Source: an uncultured virus (IMG/VR IMGVR_UViG_3300048839_001435) (taxonomy: Duplodnaviria > Heunggongvirae > Uroviricota > Caudoviricetes). Taken from it: a stretch of DNA of 64,000 nt. The notes under the pieces are model-generated. The model was not told the DNA's origin and ran no database searches. It was given only the letters and a program-made list of their open reading frames with translations. The position numbers and the translations under genes were made by a program. Numbering within the stretch: position 1 is the stretch's first letter; every line of letters begins with the position of its first letter. The DNA lies in the IMG/VR virus record IMGVR_UViG_3300048839_001435; one strand, given 5' to 3'. Shown one piece after another: positions 1 to 7,799 of this stretch.

Positions 1-137
1 AGCCTTCAACGTCCTCGATGAACGCCGCCCAGCGGCACAAGAGAAGCTGACCCCCCAGCCACCCCCGTAGGTCGCACTTCGACTTGTACGGTAGTCGTGT
101 TTGTTTGCGTAGAACACCGCGACGAGGTGCCGCGTGA

Positions 138-581
138 TCACTTGAGCGCGACGGCGATCTTGTCGACGACCGTCCTCCGTACTTCGTCGGCGACGATCTC
201 GCGGGTGATCGCGTGGACCGAGGCGGTGATCTGAGCCGAGAGCTTGGCCTTGTCGAGCTGCCCGATCGCCGTCGAAATCTGCGCGCGGACAAACTGCTGG
301 ATGCCTTCGTCGATCAGCGGCTTCGCCGCGTCGAGAAGCATCTGCCTGACCATCGACGAGTTCAGGCCGATCTCGTTCTTGAGGTACGCCTTGATGTTGC
401 GGTAGCTGACGCGGCTGTCGTACGTGCGCCAGTCCGCGGCTTCCTCGTCGGCCAACGCATCCAGCTCCGTCGCCCACCCGGCGCGGGCTTCTGGCGAGGC
501 GTCGCGCTTCCCCCGCAGAAGACTCACGACTTGACGCAGCGCCTGGATCCGCCGCTCGCGCTTCTGTTCGCTGGTGTCCAT
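138..581 (-). CDS. hypothetical protein
   Basis: 147-aa ORF with protein-like composition, AGGA upstream, co-oriented with neighbours. Confidence 0.7.
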   Translation of the reverse strand: MDTSEQKRERRIQALRQVVSLLRGKRDASPEARAGWATELDALADEEAADWRTYDSRVSYRNIKAYLKNEIGLNSSMVRQMLLDAAKPLIDEGIQQFVRAQISTAIGQLDKAKLSAQITASVHAITREIVADEVRRTVVDKIAVALK

Positions 582-599
582 GGAATGGTCCTGTTGTGT

Positions 600-836
600 T
601 CAGATTAGGGCCGCAAGTCTTTGCGTTGCCGACATTGTTTGTTGGCCCGGCGATTGTGCCCGCGAACGCGACTCCGACCGCCGCCACCACGACGTCGATC
701 GCGACCGCAACCCCGACGCCGATCGCGCCCCCGACTCCGACCGCGACCCAAACTGCAACCCCGACCGCGACCCGAATAGCGACGCCTGGATCCCCCTGAA
801 GAGTGCCTGCTCAGATGATGTCGAACGTCTCGACAC
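600..836 (-). CDS. Arg/Ser/Gly-rich low-complexity small protein
   Basis: GSRS repeats, ends AALI*, like the ORF at 1671-1958; start uncertain. Confidence 0.4.
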   Translation of the reverse strand: MSRRSTSSEQALFRGIQASLFGSRSGLQFGSRSESGARSASGLRSRSTSWWRRSESRSRAQSPGQQTMSATQRLAALI

Positions 837-1257
837 AGGTCTCGATCCACGCCTCGTCGTTGGGGTCCTCGTCGCCGCTGCCGGCGAGCGGCAGCTTGGC
901 GACCGCGAACCGCCACGACTTGAGCCACGCCATGATCTTGCGCTCCGATGCCTTGCTGAAGTTCTCGGGGGCCTGACTGTCGAGGAAGTCGTCGATCGTG
1001 TTCAGGACGTCGCGGGGCGGATCGCCGAACTCGTGGATCTTGTCCTTGTCGGGCCGCAGCCCCGCCGACCACGAACCGTCGGCGCCGAGGACCATCCAGC
1101 CGTCGGCGCAGCGCACGTTGGTCTGCTTCTTGTTGATCCACTTCGCCAGCACCAGACACCGAGGCTTCGCCTTGCGCTTCGTCTTGCGCTTCGCCTTGGG
1201 CGACTTCGCCGGCGTCTTCGTGGTCGACTTCTTCGTGGGCTTCTTGGGCTTCGGCAT
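811..1257 (-). CDS. hypothetical protein with Lys-rich N-terminal tail
   Basis: MPKPKKPTKKSTTKTPAKSPKAKRK N-terminus followed by a globular-looking region; AAGGA RBS. Confidence 0.75.
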   Translation of the reverse strand: MPKPKKPTKKSTTKTPAKSPKAKRKTKRKAKPRCLVLAKWINKKQTNVRCADGWMVLGADGSWSAGLRPDKDKIHEFGDPPRDVLNTIDDFLDSQAPENFSKASERKIMAWLKSWRFAVAKLPLAGSGDEDPNDEAWIETCVETFDII

Positions 1258-1279
1258 GGTTGGAGTCCTTGTAGCAGCG

Positions 1280-1642
1280 TCAGCGGAAGCTGGCGCCTTC
1301 GATCAGGGCGATGCGGTTGAACAGTCGAACGACGTCGTCGAGGGCCTCGGGCGTCCACTTCGCCAGACGCTGCGGCTCGACGTGGTCGCGCAGCGGGCGG
1401 GCCAGCGTCGTCACCCCGAGCTGCTCGCGGGGCGTGAAGATCTCGCAGATGACCGTCGGGCCCTCGTCCCAGTCGTCACCGGCCCAGACACGCAGCTCGA
1501 TGCAGTCCCGGCGCCAGACCCAGCGGTTGCGGCTCATGTCGTCGGGATCCGGGTACGGATCCGGCGGCATCTGGAAGCGATCTTCGAGCGCGTTGATCGT
1601 CTCGTTGAGCAACACGGCGGCATCGATGTGCTGAGGAATCAC
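1280..1642 (-). CDS. hypothetical protein
   Basis: 120-aa ORF with GTG start; N-terminus IPQHIDAAV resembles that of ORF 1671-1958. Confidence 0.7.
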   Translation of the reverse strand: MIPQHIDAAVLLNETINALEDRFQMPPDPYPDPDDMSRNRWVWRRDCIELRVWAGDDWDEGPTVICEIFTPREQLGVTTLARPLRDHVEPQRLAKWTPEALDDVVRLFNRIALIEGASFR

Positions 1643-1670
1643 AGTTCACGGCTCCTGCGATACGGTTGTT

Positions 1671-1958
1671 TCAGATTAGGGCCCTAATTCTTGATGGCAG
1701 CGGTGCCCCCGACGGCGATCTCGGCCACGACCACGCCCACGAACCCGACCGCGACCCCGATCTCGACTTCGAGCCCGACCTCGTCCACGCGCCCGACTGC
1801 GTCCCAGATCTCGACCCTGATCTCAGCCTCGATCGCGATCTCGATCTCGACTCCGGCCACGGCCCCGATCTCGCCTCCGATCGCGATTTCGCCACCGCAC
1901 GCGACCTCGCCCACGACTCCGACAGCTCCACGGCGGCGTTGATGTGCTGATGGATCAC
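1671..1958 (-). CDS. Arg/Ser-rich low-complexity small protein
   Basis: GTG at 1958; SRSRSRSRLRSGSRSG repeats; ends RALI*. Confidence 0.5.
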   Translation of the reverse strand: MIHQHINAAVELSESWARSRAVAKSRSEARSGPWPESRSRSRSRLRSGSRSGTQSGAWTRSGSKSRSGSRSGSWAWSWPRSPSGAPLPSRIRALI

Positions 1959-1972
1959 GGTTCGGCCACGGT

Positions 1973-2299
1973 TCAGCTCTCCTGCAACGCGGCGGCGGCT
2001 CCGAGAAACGCGCGGCAGAGTCGCGCGACGTCCGCCGCGCGGACGTTGCCCACGAGCTTGGCGTCGGCCTCCCAGCTCGCGGCGCACGCCAGCAGCTCCT
2101 TGGCGACGTCCACCAACGGCACGACCGGCGCCGTCATCGCGACGTAGCCCAGCTGAGCCATCTGCTGAGGGCTCAGCGTGATCGTCTCCTCGTAGTAGCC
2201 CACGTCGGAGAGCTGGAGCGCACCGTCGGCGGTGATCTGCGCCGTCGCGGTCTGGACGCCACCGTAGGCGACGTGGTGTTGGAAGTCGATCTTGGTCAT
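1973..2299 (-). CDS. hypothetical protein
   Basis: ATG at 2299 overlaps the upstream stop (ATGA). Confidence 0.7.
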   Translation of the reverse strand: MTKIDFQHHVAYGGVQTATAQITADGALQLSDVGYYEETITLSPQQMAQLGYVAMTAPVVPLVDVAKELLACAASWEADAKLVGNVRAADVARLCRAFLGAAAALQES

Positions 2300-2481
2300 G
2301 TGCGGCTTCGCCTTGCGGTGACGGCGTCGAGGGCTGCCGAGCCCGCGACGACGGTGAGGGTGAGCGGCCACGTCAGCACCAGCAGCGTCGTACCGACGAC
2401 GAGCGTCGTCGCGTTGCCGGCGGGCGTACAGAACGCCCACGCCAACAGCTCCGTGCGTAGCTTTTCGATGCGCATCGGCAA
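2296..2481 (-). CDS. small putative membrane protein
   Basis: 61 aa with hydrophobic stretch TLVVGTTLLVLTWPLTLTVVAG. Confidence 0.55.
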   Translation of the reverse strand: MPMRIEKLRTELLAWAFCTPAGNATTLVVGTTLLVLTWPLTLTVVAGSAALDAVTARRSRT

Positions 2482-2842
2482 TGCCTCGTCAGGGAAGTTT
2501 GGCGAGCGCCTGCGTCAGCAGTCGACGCATGGCGCGTTCGGCGGCCCGCTGCGCATCCTTGACGTTCTCGAACGTCTCGGAGAGGCGGATGTCTCCGGCC
2601 CTGGCCATGTACGCGTCTCCCGAGGGCGTCACACGACACGAGATTCCTCGACCGAGAGATCGCCGTAGCTTTACCGTAGAGTCCCGAGACCGACCACCTC
2701 CGGCTTCCTCCGCTCGTGCGCGAGGCGCCACAGCGGTGGAGCGGCAACACCTGAGCCCGAGCCAACCCGTCGAACATCATCACCCACGTCGCTGCGCTGA
2801 ACAGGACGTTGAAATGACACCGCGGCGGCATCGAGTCAGGAC

Positions 2843-3355
2843 CTATTCAGCGAGAAGCTGGATCAGGCGGTCCGCCAGCTTTCCCGCGGCAGCCCACTGC
2901 GCCTGGGTGCGGTCGACGCGCGCAAAGTGCAGCTGGATCGCCTCCTCGAAGGTCTCGATGACAGCGCGCAGGTCGCTCGGCATGAACTCGTTGTCGCCGA
3001 CGGCCTCGATGTTCATCGTGATGACTTCGTAGCGCTCGGCGTCGAGCGTCGTCGTCAGCTCGATGGCAACGAGGCTGCCGTCAGGACGAAGCACCAGCAC
3101 ACGCTTGGAGTCTCCGAGGTCGGGATAGCGCACCTTGTCGCGCCGTCCCACCGGCGCCCGCACGTTGAGCCCGTAGATGCGCAGCCCACAACGATCGCCC
3201 AGGTTCGGCATGCCCTTGAGCACGTGGCCTTCGAGCGCGCCTCGCATCGCCGCCTCCAGCATCCGGATCGCCGATGCGATCTTGGGCGCTTCGGTCTGGC
3301 GGGTGTCGCGCAGGTTGTCGAGGGTCGTTCGCAGCGCTTCGATGGCGTCTGTCAT
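2843..3355 (-). CDS. hypothetical protein
   Basis: 170 aa, ATGA-coupled to upstream gene. Confidence 0.75.
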   Translation of the reverse strand: MTDAIEALRTTLDNLRDTRQTEAPKIASAIRMLEAAMRGALEGHVLKGMPNLGDRCGLRIYGLNVRAPVGRRDKVRYPDLGDSKRVLVLRPDGSLVAIELTTTLDAERYEVITMNIEAVGDNEFMPSDLRAVIETFEEAIQLHFARVDRTQAQWAAAGKLADRLIQLLAE

Positions 3356-3804
3356 TTGCGTTTCTTGGGGCTAGGAGCCGGCGGCGCCGGCTCGTCTGGG
3401 ATGTCGAGTAGCTCGAACCGTCGAAGTTCGACGGCCGGCAAACGCGAGGGCACGGCCGCGGGCGCAGGCGGCGCAGGCGGCGCAGGCGGAGCTAGCTGCG
3501 CGAACGTCGGACTAGGGTAGACCTCAGCGGGTTGGTTGGCGAACTCGACGAGTGCGCCGGCACACCACTGCCTGAAGCCTTCGCGATCGTCGGTGGGGGC
3601 TGCCAGTAGCGCAGCCTTGGCGGTCAAGATGACGTGCGCAGGAAACGTCGGACTACGTTTGTCGATGAGCCCCGCCAAGTAGCTGGGGTTCACCAAGGCC
3701 ACGTCGTAGACCAGCACCGTTCGGTACTTGCCGAACGCGAACGCGGGTTCGCGCATCCACGGAATCCACTCCAGGTGGTACGGCGGCCCGAAGAAAGTCG
3801 TCAT
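3352..3804 (-). CDS. FGKY-motif (DUF3820/ExoX C-terminal-like) protein
   Basis: FAFGKYR...V...NPSYL motif; Pro/Ala linker; C-terminal RRFELLDI. Confidence 0.55.
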   Translation of the reverse strand: MTTFFGPPYHLEWIPWMREPAFAFGKYRTVLVYDVALVNPSYLAGLIDKRSPTFPAHVILTAKAALLAAPTDDREGFRQWCAGALVEFANQPAEVYPSPTFAQLAPPAPPAPPAPAAVPSRLPAVELRRFELLDIPDEPAPPAPSPKKRK

Positions 3805-4046
3805 CGGCGGATCACCCAGCGTGGATTGATCGGCAGCCGGAAGATGCGTCCGTTGACGAGGCCCACCGTGGAGGAGTGGCGCCACCTGACTTCGATCGCC
3901 GCCGTGTTCGTCTTGGGGCAGACCGCGACGATCTTGACCACGTACGCCGCGCCGACGCGGCCTCCGGTCACGCGTTCGACGAGGTTCATCAGCTCAGGAT
4001 CGTTGTCCCACTGAAGCAAGGCGCTCGTCTTGACGCGGAGATTCAT
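3801..4046 (-). CDS. hypothetical protein
   Basis: 81 aa, AAGGAG RBS, coupled to downstream gene. Confidence 0.65.
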   Translation of the reverse strand: MNLRVKTSALLQWDNDPELMNLVERVTGGRVGAAYVVKIVAVCPKTNTAAIEVRWRHSSTVGLVNGRIFRLPINPRWVIRR

Positions 4047-4057
4047 AGCGTTCTCCT

Positions 4058-4438
4058 TCAGTCGCTGTAGTCGACGTACGTGGAGGAGATCTCGCCGTCC
4101 TTCTCAAAGAGCGCGATCTCGATCGAATCCGAGTCCTTGAGCAAGAAGATGCGACACGTCCAGCCGCGCAGCTTCGGATAGTCGGCCGCGAGGTTGTCGC
4201 CAGTACGGTGCTGGTCGGTACCTTCGACGTCGACCTTGGAACCGACGGTGAACTTCGATAGGCGCTTCCAACCGCTTGCCTTGTGGGCGTTCTTCACGAT
4301 CTTGGCGTACTCGGCCTTGAACGCCGGATCCATCGGACCGCCGAGCGATTCAGCCGTGAAGTTTTGCGGACCGTAGCGATCGTCGGCCCACGACGCGAAC
4401 TTCTCGACGAGATACTCCTGACACTTCTTGGTGCTCAT
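4058..4438 (-). CDS. hypothetical protein
   Basis: ATG 4438 preceded by TAAGGAG. Confidence 0.75.
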   Translation of the reverse strand: MSTKKCQEYLVEKFASWADDRYGPQNFTAESLGGPMDPAFKAEYAKIVKNAHKASGWKRLSKFTVGSKVDVEGTDQHRTGDNLAADYPKLRGWTCRIFLLKDSDSIEIALFEKDGEISSTYVDYSD

Positions 4439-4553
4439 AGCGTACTCCTTAGAGGTTGGTGCAGACGTCGTTCTGCGACGGCTGACAAGTCCTGAAGGTC
4501 CGTGGCGGTGCACTCGATGCCTTGCGATACGTCGGGCGCCCACACGCCATGGC

Positions 4554-4835
4554 TCACCCCTGCGCCACGCGAACGACCGTGTCGCCAGGCCGCCAGCCTT
4601 CTTCGAGCATGATCGCGGCGTGCAGGTAGACCGTGGGCCGGGAAGGAAAGGCGAAATCTCCCTTGAGAGTCTTGAACCACAGCCCCACGCAATAGCTGGC
4701 CACAGTGGCCAGAATCTGCGCGTCGGGGCTGACATCGAGACTGTCGGCCAGCCAGCTGATGGCGACCCAACTTGCGTCGGCCATGGCGTTGAGCAGCGTC
4801 ACGGCTTCGTCGACAACGTCCTTTGATGGCATCAC
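4554..4835 (-). CDS. hypothetical protein
   Basis: 93 aa, AGGAGG RBS. Confidence 0.65.
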   Translation of the reverse strand: MMPSKDVVDEAVTLLNAMADASWVAISWLADSLDVSPDAQILATVASYCVGLWFKTLKGDFAFPSRPTVYLHAAIMLEEGWRPGDTVVRVAQG

Positions 4836-4860
4836 GAAACCTCCTGCGCCGTGAAGGCGC

Positions 4861-5385
4861 TCACGGCTCCCAGAGCAGCAGCGCCGCCTTGTGCAGCAAC
4901 GCCGCGACCTGCACGTCGAGATCGACCGTGAAGTGGCCGTCCTCGTCGGTCGAGAAGACCGTCGGATCGGTCAGCATGAGGGCCTTCTGATAGACGGGGA
5001 TCTCCGTCAGCGGCGTCGGCCACGCCAGTCCCGTAGCCGTCGCGATCGCAGCCGCAGCGATCGTCTTACACCCCGCGAGCCACTCCGAGAGGTAGACGCC
5101 CCAGAACTGCAAGACGTCTTCGGGGGTGGGCTCGTTGGTCGAGACGACCAGCAGCGAACCCGTCCAGCGGCACCGCGTCCCGACGTTCTCGGGTCCGAGC
5201 CGCGCCTTACGCGCCTGCGCCGGCGCCATGATCCGGATCCGCGGCTTGATGAACGTCGAGCGCCGTACGGGGTCGTCACGCCACACGTTCGCCGACCACG
5301 CGTGCAGCTGATCGTGCCACGCCGCCCGAGGAGTGGGCTGGAGCAGCGCACCTTCGGGCAGCTGCCAAGGAAGTGGCGTCTCCAT
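4861..5385 (-). CDS. hypothetical protein
   Basis: 174 aa, start overlaps upstream stop. Confidence 0.7.
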   Translation of the reverse strand: METPLPWQLPEGALLQPTPRAAWHDQLHAWSANVWRDDPVRRSTFIKPRIRIMAPAQARKARLGPENVGTRCRWTGSLLVVSTNEPTPEDVLQFWGVYLSEWLAGCKTIAAAAIATATGLAWPTPLTEIPVYQKALMLTDPTVFSTDEDGHFTVDLDVQVAALLHKAALLLWEP

Positions 5386-6143
5386 CAGTAGAGCCTCTGC
5401 TCGAAGTAGAACAGCGCGTTCTCGATGGCGCCGAGGTCGACCTGCTTGCCGGCCGCCTCGGGCGTCAGCCCCTGGTCGATCAGGCGGATGACCTCGGCCT
5501 TGGCCGGCCGCACGGCGTCGATCGCCATCTGGAGGATCTGCGCCGGGATGCCATGCGCCAGCTTGGCGAGGTTGCCCGAGGCGATCTCGGCCGCGCGCAC
5601 CTGGTCACGCTTGACGACCCGCCCGTCGACCTTGACGTCGCGCACGTCGCCGGCCCGCAGCGCCTCGATGAAGCGCCCGAGCGCCGCGACGATCGTCGTC
5701 GCGATCTCCTTGGCCGCGTACTCGTCCAGCACGAGCTTGGCGGCGACGTAGCCGACGTGAACCCGCCGAGCGCTGCCGACCTCCTTGGCGACACGGTTGA
5801 TCTTGTCGGCCTCCTCGCGGAGCTTGACGAACTCTTCTTCCAGGCCCGAGAGTGCCGCCTGATCCGCGTACCAGCCGAACACCGTGTTGGTGCAGAACTT
5901 CTTGTACGCATAGTCGCACTTCTTGACGAGCGCGTCGCTGTCCTTGATGACCTTGGCGTTGTCGCGCCGGATGTCGGTCATCAGGCGCTTCTCCTCGGAG
6001 CCGTCGCGGTGCTGCGTGATGTTGACCGTCTGCCGGTCGTACTGCACGCCACCGCGCGCGGCCGTGGTCTTGACGATGATGAACCCCGGCCGGAACACCG
6101 CGTCGGGCGCCTGCGGCATCGGGGGAACCTTGGGCTGAGCCAT
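5385..6143 (-). CDS. AAA-module partner protein, paralog of 21823-22776
   Basis: RPG...GGVQYDR...C..TVFG motifs shared with 21823-22776. Confidence 0.75.
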   Translation of the reverse strand: MAQPKVPPMPQAPDAVFRPGFIIVKTTAARGGVQYDRQTVNITQHRDGSEEKRLMTDIRRDNAKVIKDSDALVKKCDYAYKKFCTNTVFGWYADQAALSGLEEEFVKLREEADKINRVAKEVGSARRVHVGYVAAKLVLDEYAAKEIATTIVAALGRFIEALRAGDVRDVKVDGRVVKRDQVRAAEIASGNLAKLAHGIPAQILQMAIDAVRPAKAEVIRLIDQGLTPEAAGKQVDLGAIENALFYFEQRLY

Positions 6144-6211
6144 GACGTCTTCCTTCGCGCCCTAGAGGGCGCCGTGTCTACTGTATGACGCGCAAAACTG
6201 CGCGTCTATGC

Positions 6212-7450
6212 TCAGATCTCGACGGGAACCGTCCGCATCCAGTTGGGCACTGCGCCGGCGTCAGAGTAGCCGATCAGCGCGCAGACACCGCGCGACACGT
6301 TGCGCGGCTGCGAGGGCCACGGGCCGTACGGCATCGCATCGGTGAGGTGCACCAACACGCCGAACTTGCGCTTGACCTTGGCCGCCGCGGCGTAGGCCGG
6401 CTCGAACACCGTGCCCCCGCGTCCCTTGACCGCTGCGCTGATCTTGGGGATCGAGTCGTCGACCCACCCCTCCCACTGGACGACGGCGTCGTGGACGATC
6501 AAGTAGATCGGCGTCATTGCCTCCTCGGCGATCTGCCGGATCTCCGCCACGGCCTGGGCCAGCGACGAGTCGGGCACCGAGCCCGAGGAGTCGAGCAACA
6601 CGACGACGCTGTGCATCGTCGTGATGTGGCCCGGGATGTAGACGTCCTGGCGCCTCCGGTTGCGGCGCTGCCAGGAGACGTCATCGTCGCCGGCCTGCGC
6701 CTCAGCATCCTCGCAGGCGCGCTTGACGAGCGTCCGCCACTTGACCTTCGCGGGCGGCGGCGTCAGCAGCTTCGCCAGCGCGTCGCCAGCGCTGAGCCCC
6801 GCGCCGCGCGCCATCGCAGCCGCGCTCTGTGCGAGGCGCCGCCACGACGCGGCCAGCTGCTGCTCGGTCTCCTGAGCCGCGTCGCGGCTCTCGGCGCTGC
6901 CGCCGTCTCCGCCGGAGCCGCCGCCGTCGCCGTTCTCTTCCTGAGGGTTCGGATTCCCGTCGGGCCCACAACCCGCCGTCGGCAACGGATTGCCGTTCCA
7001 GTCGAGCGAGCCCTTCGGCGGCTCGACCGGCTCGACGTCGTAGATCTGCTCGATCGTCCACTCCTTGTGGGCGGGATCGAGCGGCAGCAACGCCGAGGAG
7101 GGCGCCTTGAGCATGCCGTCCTTCGAGCAGTGGTCGACCAGGAACGCGTTGATCCAGCGATCGGCCGCACGGTTCCACCGCGCCGGATCGCGATCCTTGA
7201 TGCGGTTGTAGTGGTACAGCATCAAGTGCAGGACTTCGTGCGCGATCACGAACCGCGCCTCGTTGTCGCTGAGCTTGCTGAAGAACTCGTCGTTGATGTA
7301 GACGCGCCCGTGCGCGTCGACCGCCGCCGTGCTGATGTGCTTGGGCGCCGGCAGCAGCTCGATGCGCGCCGCGCCCATGCCCAGCATCGGCTGGGACATG
7401 ATCGTGTGCAGCACCAGCTTACGACAGCGGGAGATCTGGGGAGTGCTCAT
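6212..7450 (-). CDS. HEXXH metallopeptidase + VWA domain protein (DUF2201-like, MoxR partner)
   Basis: AHEVLH, WNRAADRWIN, acidic Gly linker, MIDAS DSSGS, GRGGTVF, LTD. Confidence 0.9.
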   Translation of the reverse strand: MSTPQISRCRKLVLHTIMSQPMLGMGAARIELLPAPKHISTAAVDAHGRVYINDEFFSKLSDNEARFVIAHEVLHLMLYHYNRIKDRDPARWNRAADRWINAFLVDHCSKDGMLKAPSSALLPLDPAHKEWTIEQIYDVEPVEPPKGSLDWNGNPLPTAGCGPDGNPNPQEENGDGGGSGGDGGSAESRDAAQETEQQLAASWRRLAQSAAAMARGAGLSAGDALAKLLTPPPAKVKWRTLVKRACEDAEAQAGDDDVSWQRRNRRRQDVYIPGHITTMHSVVVLLDSSGSVPDSSLAQAVAEIRQIAEEAMTPIYLIVHDAVVQWEGWVDDSIPKISAAVKGRGGTVFEPAYAAAAKVKRKFGVLVHLTDAMPYGPWPSQPRNVSRGVCALIGYSDAGAVPNWMRTVPVEI

Positions 7451-7794
7451 TGAGGGCCGATCTGGTTGGAGATCCACTGCCGTACAGTCGTAGGGTCAGT
7501 GTCACAGGGGAAGCTCATGAATCGCTGCAGGCGTGGGAGCGGCGGCGTGATCGCGACCATCATGTGGATGCGTCCGCGGTTTGCGCCCCGCGTCACGCTC
7601 CAGATGCGCAGCTTGACGGGACCCAGCCACAACAGCCAGCCGAGACCATACTTGGACGTGTCGGGTTCTACCCAGGCTTCGCGGACGGCGGGTCCGCAAA
7701 GGCTCGGCAGAGCCCAACCGTTCTCCAGTGCCTGGATCGCCTTGAAGAGCGCGGCGGCCTCCAAGGGGCACTGTGGGACGGGGCTCGTCTGCAT
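7447..7794 (-). CDS. hypothetical protein
   Basis: ATG 7794 just after the ATPase stop; stop overlaps the VWA gene start. Confidence 0.65.
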   Translation of the reverse strand: MQTSPVPQCPLEAAALFKAIQALENGWALPSLCGPAVREAWVEPDTSKYGLGWLLWLGPVKLRIWSVTRGANRGRIHMMVAITPPLPRLQRFMSFPCDTDPTTVRQWISNQIGPQ

Positions 7795-7799
7795 CGCCT

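Noticed and set aside
5044..5062. GATC-box-like strings inside CDS (also near 52044-52059 and 30882-30897)
   Set aside because: Wrong spacing or missing a terminal GATC, within reading frames, with no -10 hexamer and start codon following
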